Positions 39,749-55,626 of a stretch of 64,000 nt of DNA are shown piece by piece; the first letter of the stretch is position 1, and every line of letters starts with the position of its first letter. The notes beneath the pieces were generated by a model. It was not told the origin of the DNA and ran no database searches. It worked only from the letters and a program-made list of their open reading frames with translations. This DNA comes from the human T2T-CHM13v2.0 reference genome, Homo sapiens, in assembly GCF_009914755.1 (NCBI RefSeq), contig NC_060945.1. The stretch is one strand, 5' to 3'. A program made the position numbers and the translations under genes.

Positions 39749-40383
39749 ATTTACACTGTTGGTGGGAGTGTAAATTAGTTCAACCATTGTGGAAGACAGT
39801 GTGACGATTCCTCAAGGATCTAGAACTACAAATACCATTTGACCCAGCGATCCCATTACTGGGTATATATCCAAAGGATTATAAATCATGCTACTATAAA
39901 GACACATGCACACATGTTTATTGCAGCATTATTCCCAATAGCAAAGACTTGGAACCAACCCAAATGCCCATCAATGATAGACTGGATTAAGAAAATGTGG
40001 CACATATACACCATGGAATACTATGCAGCCATAAAAAAGGATGAGTTCATGTCCTTTGCAGGGACATGGATGAAGCTGAAAACTATCACTCTAAGCAAAG
40101 TATCACAAGGACAGAAAACCAAACACCGCATGTTCTCACTCATAGGTGGGAGTTGAACAATGAGAACACATGGACACAGGGCGGGCAACATCACACACCA
40201 GGGCCTGTCAGGGACTGGGCGGCTGGGGAAGGGATAGCACTAGGACAAATACCTAATGTAAATGACAAGTTGATGGGTGCAGCAAACCAACATGGCACAT
40301 GTATACCTATGTAACAACCTGCACGTTGTGCACATGTACCCTAGAACTTAAAGTATCATAATAAAAAAAAAAAGGAAAAAAAA
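39749..40383 (+). mobile_element. L1PA 5'-truncated insertion (ORF2 C-terminus, 3'UTR, polyA)
   Basis: Encodes ...IAKTWNQPKCPSMIDWIKKMWHIYTMEYYAAIKKDEF...; 14-bp TSD GAAAGAGGAACTCT at 39735-39748 and 40384-40397. Confidence 0.95.
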
Positions 40384-42879
40384 GAAAGAGGAACTCTGAT
40401 GGATGGCAAGTGTGTACTAGCAGCTTCTCACCAGTGATTCTCAACCATGGGACACTCTCAAAGTGTGCTCCCCAAGCCTACTGAGGCGGATGTGGGGGGC
40501 AGGCACGTGTGTCACTAAGCTCTCTGGGCAAGACTCCTGTGATCCCTGCACACCTGGCGTCCACCTGGCCAGCAGGCAGATCAGCAATGGTTTCCTCCAA
40601 AGTCAGTGCAAATCACTGTCACATATAATTTAGACCCCTTTCTGGAGTGAGGGTGGGAATCCGAGGTCCCCTGCAATACGGGGAGTCAGTGCTGCTGCAG
40701 TGGTCATCAGAGAGCAGGAGGACTCCTCCGGTGCTGACCAGTCCTTGGATCCTGGAAGGTGCGAGCCCCACTGTTTGGGATAACACATTAACAACTCTAC
40801 TCTCTGAGCTCTTCTCGCTGGCTCTCATTTAAAGGAAACATTTAGGTCTCCAAGTTGATACTGCATCCCACCAGGGAACAGGCTGCAGCCACCAATGCGC
40901 AGACCTTGGCAAATTCCTCCAGTTCACGGGCCTCAGTCTCCCCTTCTGGAGAAGGGGCTTGGCTAGAAGAGTTTAGGGTTTCTTTCCATCTTAAAATACA
41001 AAGGTGGGGTAAAACTTGGAATGGGAGGAGTTATTGTCTCAATTGGACAGAAAATTCCACTTTTCAGACAGAATGCTGGACATGATTAAGTTATTACCAG
41101 TGTCTTCTCAATCCCTAAGCGACAGGCCAAGAACTGGTCTCCTCCCTGGGTAGGACAGAGTGATATCAGGACAAGGCAGAGGCAGGAGGGGGAGCACTAA
41201 GCTGTAGCTGTCCAGGCGAGAGCGGGCTTGGAGTGTCAGCCCTAATCCGGGATTAGTGGGAATGGAGGTGGGGGAGGGCAGCCACGAATGGACACAGCAG
41301 CCCCTGCTCTCCCACACCGCCATCACTGTCACAACAGCGATGGCCCAGGATGCTGGGATGTGTGTGACAATCGCTGGACTCGGGGCGGCCAGGAATGCAA
41401 ACACCACTACCTGCTCACCCACAATGCCATCACTGACACGGCAGCGACGGCTCAGGATGCCGGGAGGGTGTGTGACCGTCACTCACAGGGAGCCCAGTCA
41501 CCCAGATCCTATCTGCCTGCAAAACCTTCCATTTGAATGCAAATCAAATGACATTCCCAGGCATCAGGGCTGTGTTCCCCCACCCCCGTCCCCAGGAAAG
41601 TAAGCAATACCAAAAACTGACATCACAGAACTAATGGACTATGTCCATGCAAAAATGCCAGAGATGGCCCTGGGTTGCTTTGAGCATGAATCCGGGACAC
41701 TGTTGCCTCTTCCAGGCAGGAGGTCAGGAGAGACAGGTGTCTGAGACTGCAGTGTGTGGCCAACAGCAGAGAGAGAACAGAGAAGGCGCAAACAAGGTGA
41801 GACCCTCTCTCCTCTCCCTGAACGCAACCCCTCCCTGCTCCCACACAAAGACTCAAGTAAAAAGTTTTCATCCAAAACTTTCAAATATTTCTTTCAGTGT
41901 TCTCAGATTGACTTGACCAGCCTAAGACAGATGCCAGGGACATCCTCTTCTCTGCCTCTCAACACTTCAGTCAGATGGGAATATGGAAGGATCATATCCA
42001 AGAGGATCATATTTTCTGAAGCCAATCCATAGATGTCAGGAAACGAACCATCCCAAATATACAGGAGGTAGGGTCACTGCCTCTAAGCCTGAAACTCCAG
42101 AGTTAGAAGCTGAACTTAAAGGTCATTCACCCAACACTTGCCTGCCTCCTACAAAGGACACAGATGAGACTGGTGCCCAATCAAGCCACCAGCCTGGAGG
42201 GGACTCAGCCTCAGAAGCCTTGATTCCAGGTCAGTCAGGGGTCAGTGATGGCAGCTTCCTGGGGAAATACCTGCATTTGCTCCTGGATGTGAGGCCAACA
42301 GGGGTGGAGGGCTCCCACAAGAGACAGCTGGTTTCCCTGAGACACTCTCCAGCTCTGGACAGCTGAGGCACAGATTCTGGGCACCAGGACAAAAGTCAGT
42401 CAACTGACCCTGAAGCCTTTTTCCTCCAAAAAGTACAGTCATTTATGTTCTTTTTCAAGAGTTCAAAACAAGGTCTCTTGATTTGTTGGATGGCTGCTAA
42501 CTGATAGTCAAAGCTTTTTTGTTTTTTAATTCCATGGCCATGTCTTCCAAGGCCATGCACAAGGACCAGGCACAGGGCCCGCCATGGAATATTTTGAAGG
42601 TTGATGGGGCCGGACATTGAAAATGAGCAATTCTGCTATTTCCACAGCGAATGACCACTGAGCTGCACAGGCATGTGCAGGAAACTGTGGCCTGGAAGGG
42701 CGGAGCAGCGGCCAAGACTAGGGGTGCCTCCCCAAACCCACCCAGGCTCCAACTTCTCCTGTGAAATGCCTAAGAATAGTACATGCCAGGAGCTTGTCGT
42801 TATACTAAGATGTCTTAAAAGCAAAAATAAGTCAACGAGTAATCAGCGACTACAGAAACACCCACAGGACTGTGAGGCA

Positions 42880-43090
42880 GCAGAGGTAAGACACGAGGCC
42901 CTTAGCTTGCAGGCCAGGGCAGCTGGATTCACATGCCAGCTCTGCCGCCCACGAGCTGTGTGGCACTGGGCAGGCTGCTTGCCCTCTCCGGGCCTTGGTT
43001 TCCTCATCTGTAAAACAGTGATAACACCCCTGTCCCGGGAGTTGTGAGGATTCAGAGATGGCAGACGCACCGAAAGCCTCGGTAGGATGT
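42880..43090 (+). mobile_element. MIR
   Basis: gctgtgtggcactgggcaggctgcttgccctctccgggccttggtttcctcatctgtaaaac. Confidence 0.75.
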
Positions 43091-43249
43091 CTGCCCAGCG
43101 GCTGGCCCTCAGCAAACGGTCACTATTTTTATATGCCAAGAAATGCAAGTCTTTGGAGATAAATTCTTGGTGAAATTCAGCTCTATGAGAGGCGGAAGCA
43201 CATTGGGGTCACAGCTATTCATGTATCATGTGCAAGCTCAGTAAGTGTC

Positions 43250-44560
<1,311 letters not shown>

Positions 44561-44759
44561 CAGGGTGATTTCGAGGACTGCCATTTGCTCGCCAGCGAGA
44601 CAGGATCCAGGCTCAGTCCTCGGAAAGTCCCTGGAAATCCGTGGCTGCCCCTGGAGCCAGGGGCTGGGCCTGCCTTAGGGGGCGTGCTTCTCAGAGGCAA
44701 GGAGGGGCTCAGCACCAGGCCCAGGCCCTGCCTTCTGTGTGGCTGTGTCATTCATTCAG

Positions 44760-45615
44760 TGTGCGGGTGGGGCGGGGGTGCATGTGGTGTGATGTGTGTG
44801 GCGCATGTGGTGTGATGTGTTGTGGGTGTGGTGTGTGGTGCACAGGATGGTGTGAGTGTGTATGTGTGGTGCATGGGTGTGGTGTGTGTGTAAGCGTGGT
44901 GCATGTGGTGTGGTATGTGTGTTGCGTGCCAGTGTGGTGCATGTGGTGTGTGTGATGTGTAAGCGTGGTGCATGTGGTGTGGTGCGTGTGTGGTGTGTCG
45001 GTGTGGTGCATGGGTGTGTGTACGTGTGATGTGTAAGTGCACAGCATGTGGTGTATGTGTGTGGTGTGTGGTGCACAGGATGGTGCGAGTGTGTATGGTG
45101 GTGCATGGGTGTGTATGTGTGATGTATAAGTGCAGTGTGTGTGGTGTGTGTGTGTGGTGTGTGTGTGTGATGTGTAAGCGTGGTGCATGTGGTGTGGTGC
45201 GTGTGTGGTGTGTCGGTGTGGTGCATGGGTGTGTGTACGTGTGATGTGTAAGTGCACAGCATGTGGTGTGTGTGTGTGGTGCATGTGGTGTGTGTGGTGT
45301 GTATGTGTGATGTGGTGTGGTGTATGTATGTGGTGTGTCAGTGTGGTGCGTGTGTGTGTGGTGCACAGGGTGATGTGAGCGTGTGTGTGTGGCACATGGG
45401 TGTGGTGTGGTGCTGTGTGTATATGTATTGTGTAAGTGCGTTGCATGTGGTGTGGTTTGTGTGTGTGGTGAACACGGTGGTGTGTGTATGTGTGGTACAT
45501 GGATGTGGAGTGTGTGTATGTGTAATGTGTGAGTGCGGTGCATGTGGCGTGGTGTGTGGGTGGTGTGTCAGTGTGGTGCATGTGGTATGGTGTGTGTGTG
45601 TGTGGTGTGGTGTGT
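44760..45615. repeat. Long compound (GT/TGTGG)-rich repeat
   Basis: ~860 bp; an ~105-bp block at 44950 recurs at 45165. Confidence 0.93.
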
Positions 45616-46069
45616 GGGACATGCCCCTGTGCCCTCCTCTTGCAGAGTGGACGCGGTCCTTAGGGAGTGCCATAGAAACATACTAGCCTGAGATTCTCCG
45701 GGGCCTAAAACAGGCCTAAACCATAAAAAAGTGATTCCCCTGTTATTTTCTGCAGCTGTATTAAGGGGACTTGACCTTGAAAGGAATTAGATAGACTGAG
45801 CATTTGGCCTTCTCTTCCCTAGCCAGGAGTCTGCTGCGGGGCCAGTGGATGGTCCATCAGAGGGGATTCTGGCCCTGAATCCGTGGGCCCGGATTTTCTT
45901 CAGGAAAGAGGAAGGAATGGCACAGCAGCTGGACGGAGAGCCTTTGTGGGGAACAGGATAGGACGCTGTCAGGGAGGTGAAATTAGACGGGGATTGCCCA
46001 GGTGAGCTGGGGATGGACCCTTGCGAGCCAGGTCTGTTATCAGAAAGTGGAAATAAGAATGAGACTATC

Positions 46070-46332
<263 letters not shown>

Positions 46333-46721
46333 TTACACACGAGCGCTCCAGTCTGCCGCAGCCTCTTAAGGGTGGGGGGAACTGCTCTTCTTTTCTTCTA
46401 TTCTGTGTTATTTTAGGCAGAAACAAAAGAAATCCCTTCTTATTTGGCAGAAAAGTCTAATTATGTTCTGACCTGTAGCTAGACCTATGCAGTCAGATAA
46501 TTCGAGTCCTGCTGGTCCCCTTGCCAGAATAACCGGGGTGAGGAATCCGAGGGCCCAGTGTTCCCCATGCCATGTGTGCACACAGGCCGCCTGCGGCTGT
46601 GTGGGCAGTGACGAGAGCCTGTCCTGTGTGACCGGTGGAACCCGTCTCATTCCTTCAGGTCTCAGGTGTGCTGGCCCATCCCACTTACTTATTTAGAGGC
46701 TTGTAACAAACTGTAAACTAA

Positions 46722-47085
<364 letters not shown>

Positions 47086-48999
47086 CCGTTAAGTGTTTTC
47101 AAAGATAATGTCAACATGTAGATATTGGATTACTTACGTGTAGAAGCAAATCGAGGGAAAATAAGGAATGATGCAGGCTTGCAGGACAATGCAGTTGGCC
47201 AAAACACGAAATCGGAACAGAAACATCTTATAAATCTATGAAAAAGAGCAGGCTCCCTTTACACAAGCTCCCAGCCCTACACATCCACCAACTCCCAGTC
47301 CCCTTCTCCCACTGCAGAAGACACTGGAGGGCTGGGTTCTCCCAGAGCACAGGATTCTGCCTCACCCCCAGTGACATTTCCTGCTCCCGGCACCTCTCTC
47401 TCCACCACATCTCCCTTCCACCCAAGGAGTGAGACTGCAGCTCTGCCCGGGGAGGGCTTCTGTCTCCACCAAAACCTTCAAATGGGTCTCTGTCACTCTG
47501 CAGTGGTTGTTTGCTATTTTTAGCTGCTCATAAAGGGAAAGCACTGTGGCTGTGGCCCCTCCTGCATGCTCACCTTGAGCTCCCAGCTCCCAGCTGTTTA
47601 GGTCAAGCTAAGCCCGCTTCCCATCCATCTGCTGGGTCCACCAGAAACCTTGAACCAGGGCTGCCTTCGCTAGCATGGCAGGCCTCCAGGCGGGAAGGAG
47701 GAAGCCAAGTGTCTAAATTCTTCATAATGCTTTACAGTAGCTGGGTTTGAGGCCACAGTCAAGAGCCACTGCTCTATTTTTCACTTTAAAACATTTCTAA
47801 ATGCTGGTGGTGGAGATGAGAATTGTCTGTTGGATGATCTCTGCTGAGTCACCCAGTCTTGGGTGCAGTGCCTCATCCCTGCCTCAAAGCTGTAAGTCTT
47901 TGAACGTCTTCCTCTCCCAAGCCCAGGAGGTTCTGGGATGCTGTGACATTTTTAGAAATTAATAGATATGTCTAGTGTCATGTATGTCATGTATCGCACG
48001 TCTATAAACAGTTATACTTTGTTATACTTTTGGGTTTTAAAAAATTCTTTTAGAAAAATGTGGGACTTTTGTTAAGTTTTCAATGTCATTCTTAAATTTC
48101 TAGAAGCAGGGAAAAGAAGAGCGTCCAAAATGTTTATAGTTTGTCTCTGAGTGAAAAGTTTCCCCTTCACCCTGAAGCAGTTCACATTATTAGTATCGCT
48201 TGAATTATCAAGTTGTGCCCCAATATTGTGAGACCAGCACCTTGGGGGCCCCGGGGAGCTGTGATGGTCACTTCACAGGCCCTACCAGGGACCTCTAGCA
48301 AGTGGAAATACACAGCTTCCCCCCAGCAGCACTTGGGGGCAGACGTTTCGAGAATTCCCTCTTAGCAAAATGCTTTTAGCACTTGGCTCAGTGCCCTCGG
48401 CAGCTGCTGTGGGAAGCGAGATTTCTGGAGACCAGAGAGGCTGTGGAGACATTTGACCCAATCTCCTTGGCTCCATCTCACTGGCTTAGTCATTTCCACC
48501 ACCTGGAGGCTGGAATGTGCTTCGAGTCTATTTCCTGTACTGCTCACAGGGTCAATACCGGAGCCGGCGGACCCAACCAAAGGTCACCCGTGGCCAGAGC
48601 CTGGCCCGGCGCCAGACAGGGCTTTCCCCCCGAAGAGGGGCCGTGAGTTCTTCTAGTAATCATTTGCATGACTTATGGAGATGCTGTTCATGATGCCTTC
48701 CCCAGGAGGAAAGCAGCAATGCTGAGTAACTGCACTAACTCCCCAGGTGAGCCTCAGATGCCGCGTGAACAGTCTCTGAGAGTGAAGACCAGACTGCACG
48801 TCTGCCGTCCCTCCCAGGACCGACTGATGGAAATGGTAGTGCCATCGGCTGAGCCCCTGCCACCCTCTTGCTCCCTCCCGGGTCCCCACAGATGCACCAG
48901 GCACCCTTAGGCACCTTACGGGCGTTCAGAAAGTCATGGCTGTGTGTACCGAGCATTTCCCACCATCAGATACCACCTGGGTACTCAACTTCATGGACT

Positions 49000-49140
49000 T
49001 GCTTCATTTTCACAGCAACACGCAAACGAGAGCATCGCCCCATTTTAAAAATAAGGAAACTGAGTTCAGAGAAGCTCAGTAACTATCCAAGGCCACCCAG
49101 CAAGAAAGTGGCTGAGGCAGGGTTTGACCCCAGGGGCCGT
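49000..49140 (-). mobile_element. MIR
   Basis: cccattttaaaaataaggaaactgagttcagagaagctcagtaactatccaaggccac. Confidence 0.72.
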
Positions 49141-49820
49141 GTTCTCTCCATCTCCTTTCATAAAGGTCAAGGCAAACAAATTCTCCAAAAAGAGAAAAAT
49201 GTTAAAAGCTGGAAATAGAGGCCCCATTGCTAACATTCATGTGCAAAGATCTGCCTGAAGAATTGTCTTTTGTGTTCTGAAGTCCAGGAGACATGGCCTC
49301 TCAAACCCAGAGGGGAAGTTCACTCCCGGAGCTTCTGTGAAGTCCCAAGTCCTTTCTGGGAAAGACGAGAGATGAATCCAGCCCTAGCATTTGCCGTGAT
49401 CAGTGTCTCTGCACAGGCGCCCACCTAGGAGAGCCTCCCAGGGTGTCCACCACCCACCCTAACAGTGAACAGCAGATACGCTGCTCCTTCAAATCCCACC
49501 CTGGTGGCGGCTCCTCAGGGACCCTGAGTCACGCCATGATGCTGGGAGGCGGCCGGGCAGCGTCAGAGGCAGGGCCTGCCAGCCTGCTGCAGGCCAGCCA
49601 GGCCTGCCAAGAGTCTGCCCCGGGCAACCCCGATGATGCATCCTGCGAGACTGTGCCCATGCCGGGCAGACGAAGGAATGTGGCCCAGATGGCTGCCCTG
49701 CCTCTGCCAGGTGGCTTGGTTAAGCCTCCCTTGGGAATGCCCAGGAGCAAGGTGACTTGACATTTTTGCCTGTACCCAAGGCTGGGACCAATTTTATGAA
49801 TGAAAATATTTAACTTCGAT

Positions 49821-50654
<834 letters not shown>

Positions 50655-51419
50655 GATGTGTTCATCATGTAGAAGTTGAGTTTGTAAGGATGTGTCAGGT
50701 GGCAGCAGGAGTCTGGAGAGAGGGTGCACGGAGGAAGAGAGAGATGACTTCGCTGGAGTGAGATGACCCCTCCCCATGCTGAGACTCTCAATGAATGCCA
50801 TGCACAGCCTCCAGCTAGGGGTGGCCACAGCGGGGCCTTGCTCGCCTTGCTCGCTGGGGACAGCCCCTAGGCTGCAGGACTAGAGTTGCTCCTAGCTTCT
50901 CAGAACCTGCGGGATCTGCTTCTGCAGCTCCAGTGATATGGCCGTTCCCAGCACTGACTCTGGAATAACACTTGATCTATAGGCGGCTCCACTAGAAAAG
51001 AGCCAAGCCCCGCAAGTCAGAGGGGTCTCCCCTTACCCAACACAGGACACAGGAAAGCTGCCCTTATTCCCTGCAGGACAAGGCACATTTCTTGTAATTA
51101 GTGCTTTGCCTGTCTTCTGGGCTACAGTTTTCCTTTCTACTATTGTTTTTATTGAGCACAGTGAGTAGAACCAACTAAATATCTGGAGGGATATTTAGTC
51201 TCTTTAAGAGTTAAAGGAAATCCCATTAAAGGGCTTTTAAAAACAATCCAGGAGCATGCATTTATCTACACATAACTAAGTACTAATTACAAATAATTAT
51301 TATATATTCCAGTGGTTACCCCAAATAGTGCAATAAAGACGAAGGGAATAATTTTCCTGCTCCAGGAAATACTCATGCTTCTGTTTGCCTAGTACTTTGT
51401 AAGAAATCCTATAACAAGT

Positions 51420-51560
51420 AAGAGGCAGGAATTATCACCCCCATCGTGGGAATGAGGGGTGGAAGCTTAGAGACGCTGAGCAACTTGCCAGGGGCAACAA
51501 CAACGTGGTTGGGGTTAGGGTTAAGAGGCGGAGCTAGACCTGGACTCCAGGTGTTTGCTG
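51420..51560 (-). mobile_element. MIR
   Basis: attatcacccccat...gaagcttagagacgctgagcaacttgcc. Confidence 0.6.
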
Positions 51561-52641
51561 CGTGATCTCCCATGTTGCACCAAGCAGCGAGTCTATACGA
51601 CACCCCCATGGAATTAGAGAAGAGCAGCTCATTGACACAGATTTATTGCAATGCGTCATTTCCCCCGATTTCGATGGATCATCATCTCCTCTAGCTACTC
51701 AGAGCAGGGAGCTGGGACTGAACTATAGTACGTGAAGTCATTGTGTATATTCTCTTAGTGTGTCATTTCCCCGCGGAGTCACCTTCCAGAAGCTCTGCCA
51801 GCTCCAGCTCATGGGGCCCGAGGGAGGGATGGACCCTGCAGAGTGGGCGGTCACCACTATCGGGGCATCCATGCTGCCTGCCAGTCCAGCCCCTTCCCCA
51901 GCTTGTTCTCCTGTCCAGTCGGCTAAAGGGGCAACGAAGAGGAAGCCAGAGACTCTCAGGAAGGAAGCAGCCCCAGCTCCTCCTCCGGGCTCTCCTTTTG
52001 TTAGTATTATGGCAAAAACCACAATTACATTTGCACCGACCTAGTAGAAGCCCCAGGTGACAGGGAGAGGGGCACTGGTGGGTCCCAGTGGGAGAGAAAA
52101 CAGCCTCACAAGCCCTTCTCTTTCAGTCTGTGAAGCGCATCACGGCCTCCCTCGCAGGTGGGTGAGGCGTGGCTGTCCTCATGATCCTCACAACTGTTGT
52201 TTGAACCAGGTACCTCTGTGTCCAGCAAAGGGGTGGGGACTGTCCCCATCTCAGGGCGCTGCATAGACTCACAAAAGCAGCCTTCAAAAGGCATGGCTGG
52301 GCTTGATTTTAAAAGGAGTCTCAAGTCTCTCCCCGAAAAAAAAAAAAAACAGGAAAAGGGTGGCCAGGTTAAGCCCGCTGGGTCCCTGGTGTTCTGAAGC
52401 AGGGCAGGCTTGGTGGCCTTCTGTCACTGAGAAGCAGGGGGTCTGTAGAAAGGAAAATCACAGAAAAAGAAAACTGTAGGCCAGAACACAGGCTGTTGCT
52501 GAGCCGCTGGACGCTAGCCCCACACATTGAACAGTGCCCTTCAAAAGGGAACTGGAGAAAGAATGTTCCAGGATTAAAAGGTGAAGTCAGGGAAGCTGCA
52601 CAACCTCATAAATCCATGCAAACATTCCTAAAAAAAGAAGG

Positions 52642-52965
52642 TGTCTTAGTTCAGGCCACTAGAACAAAATAACATCCCGGGTGGCTTGTAAACAACATTT
52701 ATTTTTCACCAGGCTGGAAGTCTGAGATCAGGGTGCCAGAAGGGTCAGGTTCTGGTGACGGGTTGCTGACTGCCGCCTTCTGGTTGTTTCTTCACATGGT
52801 GCGAAGAGAGGGAGGGAGCTCTCTGGGGTCTCTTTTGCAAGGGCACTAATCCTATTCACGGGGGCTCAACCCTATGACCTCAGTGTCACTTCCCAGAGGC
52901 TCCATCTCCTAATACCATCACACTGGAGGTAAGGACTTCAACATGTGGATTTTGGGGGAACACGA
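52642..52965 (-). mobile_element. MLT1A/MSTD-type MaLR LTR
   Basis: tgtcttagttcaggc...ggctggaagtctgagatcagggtgccag...ttcaacatgtggattttgggggaacac. Confidence 0.82.
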
Positions 52966-53304
52966 AGGGTCAACATGTGAATTTTGGGGGAACAGGAAGG
53001 GTCCTTCCTCTGCAGGGGATGTCAGGGTGGGAACGCTCAGGGAACCTGGCAGAGGACCCTCTGTGGGGCAAGATCCTTAGTCGGTGCCCAGAGACTCCTT
53101 GGCTAGGCTGCTCCAAGGAACGCAGGTTCCAGGGCAAGTCCGCAGAAATAGCGAGGAACCGGGTTAAAGCACCCAGAATCTCAGCCAGTGCAATGGACGC
53201 TGGGCTGTCCAATAAATGATTGACCAAAGATCCTTTAAAGGGAATTGAAAAGATGAAAAAGAAATTAGATACTGCCACATTTTTATTTTAGCCCTCATCA
53301 AAAT

Positions 53305-53562
<258 letters not shown>

Positions 53563-54789
53563 CTATGAGGTGGATGAAACAGATGTTATTATCACTGTTT
53601 TGCAGGTGAGGAATCCGAAGTCCTCATCAAGGACCCTCCACTTATTACAAATTCAGCTGGGACTGAAGCGGTGTGTCCGCAGCTTGGACACCAAACAGGC
53701 GACCCCTTTACTAGCTGAGAATACGCCTCTGTGAAGACAAGTGACTGCAAAGCAGCGAAGCCTCAGTCCTGAGAGCATTTTTCTAAGACATCAGTTCCAT
53801 CAGATATGTCTTTGGGAATCATTTCATACTCAGCCAAGTGTTAGAAAGGGCTGGTTGGCATTATTTGCTCCAATAATAAATCCACGTGCGCTAATGTTCG
53901 TCAATGCTGCTCTGCAGGGAGAAGTCAAAGCACGCAAGCCAGGCCTCCATGGGGAGGCCCGAGATGACTGGAGGGTTTGTGCCTAAGCATTTGTTCAGAT
54001 GCAATAATCCACTACTCTTGGGGAGAAAATGATCCTTTTTTAAAAATTATTTTGTCTTTTTAAAAAACTGATCTAACAAATTTTGCAGAATTGAAGGAGC
54101 AACTGAAGCAAAGTTTTCTTGTTGATAGAGGTGTGTCCGGTGTGCAGATGTGTCCTTTGGAGACTGGGTCGACATGTCGCCATGGCACTGTGCCTGCTCC
54201 AGTCCCTGGCCAGCCCTCCATCTGTCAGCGACAGCACACGAGGTCCTCCTGGACAGAGAGTATCCAGTACTATGGACACTGTGGACACAGAAAATGCTTC
54301 CTTCCTCTCTAAATCTCCCCAGGAGGGCTCCCTGGTGAGGCCCAAGGGAGGTGATCCAGACAGCCATCTCCTCACCAGAGCTTCTCCTCCCCCCTCAAAC
54401 GATGGAGAGAAAACATGGAGATGCTTCTTGCCGGCAGGTTTATAAGATTCAAAGCTTCTGGTGAGAAGCAGAGACAAGGTAGTATCCTTCTGTGTTGGGG
54501 AGAGCTGGCCACTGCTGATGCCATAGCTGAGAGTCCCCTGCAGAAGCTGTCCCAGGAGGCCACAGGAGGGGTTGTCCTGGTGCATGCCGACGGTAGCAGA
54601 GCTGCTACTCCTGCCGGTCCGTCCCTGGTGTTTAATGAGCCCGTCCTGAGATGAAGGAGGGAAAGTGGGGGCAGGCAAAAGAGAGAATGTCCATTGTGCC
54701 AGGAGGCATCCCCGCCTTCCTCCTGTAGCTCTGGGACCAGCTGCAAGAAGGCAAAGTATCATACCAGCCTTTTGAGAGGGGAGGCTCAG

Positions 54790-55285
54790 AAGCCCATCAG
54801 CAGACGAATGAGCAGACAGAATGCGGTCTATCCGTGTGATGGAACATTATTCAGCCGTAAAAAGGAATGAAGCACTGACCCAGGCTACAACACGGTGAAC
54901 CCTGAAAACGTGATGCTGCGTGAAAGAAGCCACTCACAAATGCCACACGTTGCGTGATTCAAACGCCACACATTGCATGATTCAAACGCCACACATTGCA
55001 TGATTCAAACGCCACACATTGCATGATTCCATTTACATGAAATGCCCAGAATAGGTGAGTGACGGGGCAGAAAGCAGGTGAGTGGTTACCTGGGGCTAGG
55101 GGTGGGCCGACAGGGAGTGACTGCTGATGTGCACAGGGTTTCTGTGGGGGGAGATGAAAACATTCTGGAGGACTAGATGGGGTGACGGATGCACAGCCTT
55201 TGAGTGTGCTGAATACCATCAAATGATACACTTTAAAATGGTGGTAATGGTACATGTAATGTTATGTGTATCTTACCACCGTTTA
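54790..55285 (+). mobile_element. L1MB-type 3'UTR fragment
   Basis: gatggaacattattcagccgtaaaaaggaatgaagcactga...tacactttaaaatgg. Confidence 0.82.
54938..55029. repeat. 23-bp tandem repeat, 4 copies (3 identical)
   Basis: AAACGCCACACATTGCATGATTC at 54961, 54984 and 55007; diverged copy at 54938. Confidence 0.95.
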
Positions 55286-55626
55286 AAACAGAGCTTGACC
55301 GGTTAGTTTAACAAATATTATGAGTGGCTTTTGTTATGGGCCGGGTGTGGTGGTTTGTTCACTGATTTGGCAAATATTTGTTGAGCAGCTGCCGTGTGTC
55401 AGGTGCTGGGCTAGGTGCTGGGGGTTAGTGATGAGCTAAATCAATTCTCATGGGACCTGAACTCAGCAGAGGAGACAGAGGGACTATTCCACAAGTAACT
55501 GTGTAAACTGCATGGGTGGCAGGGCAGCCGTGCAGCTAGGAGTAGTGACCAAGAAGAGTCCAAGGAAAGCCCTGCAATGCCACTGGATAGTGGGCAGGGG
55601 GCTCAGGCAGGACTGCAATGAGCCTG

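Noticed and set aside
39839-40156. 105-aa ORF resembling a real protein
   Set aside because: C-terminal remnant of L1 ORF2p in a 5'-truncated, frameshifted L1PA copy
44748-45686. His/Thr-rich and Cys/Val-rich ORFs up to 277 aa
   Set aside because: Translations of the GT-rich simple repeat. The same applies to ORFs at 9186-9758.
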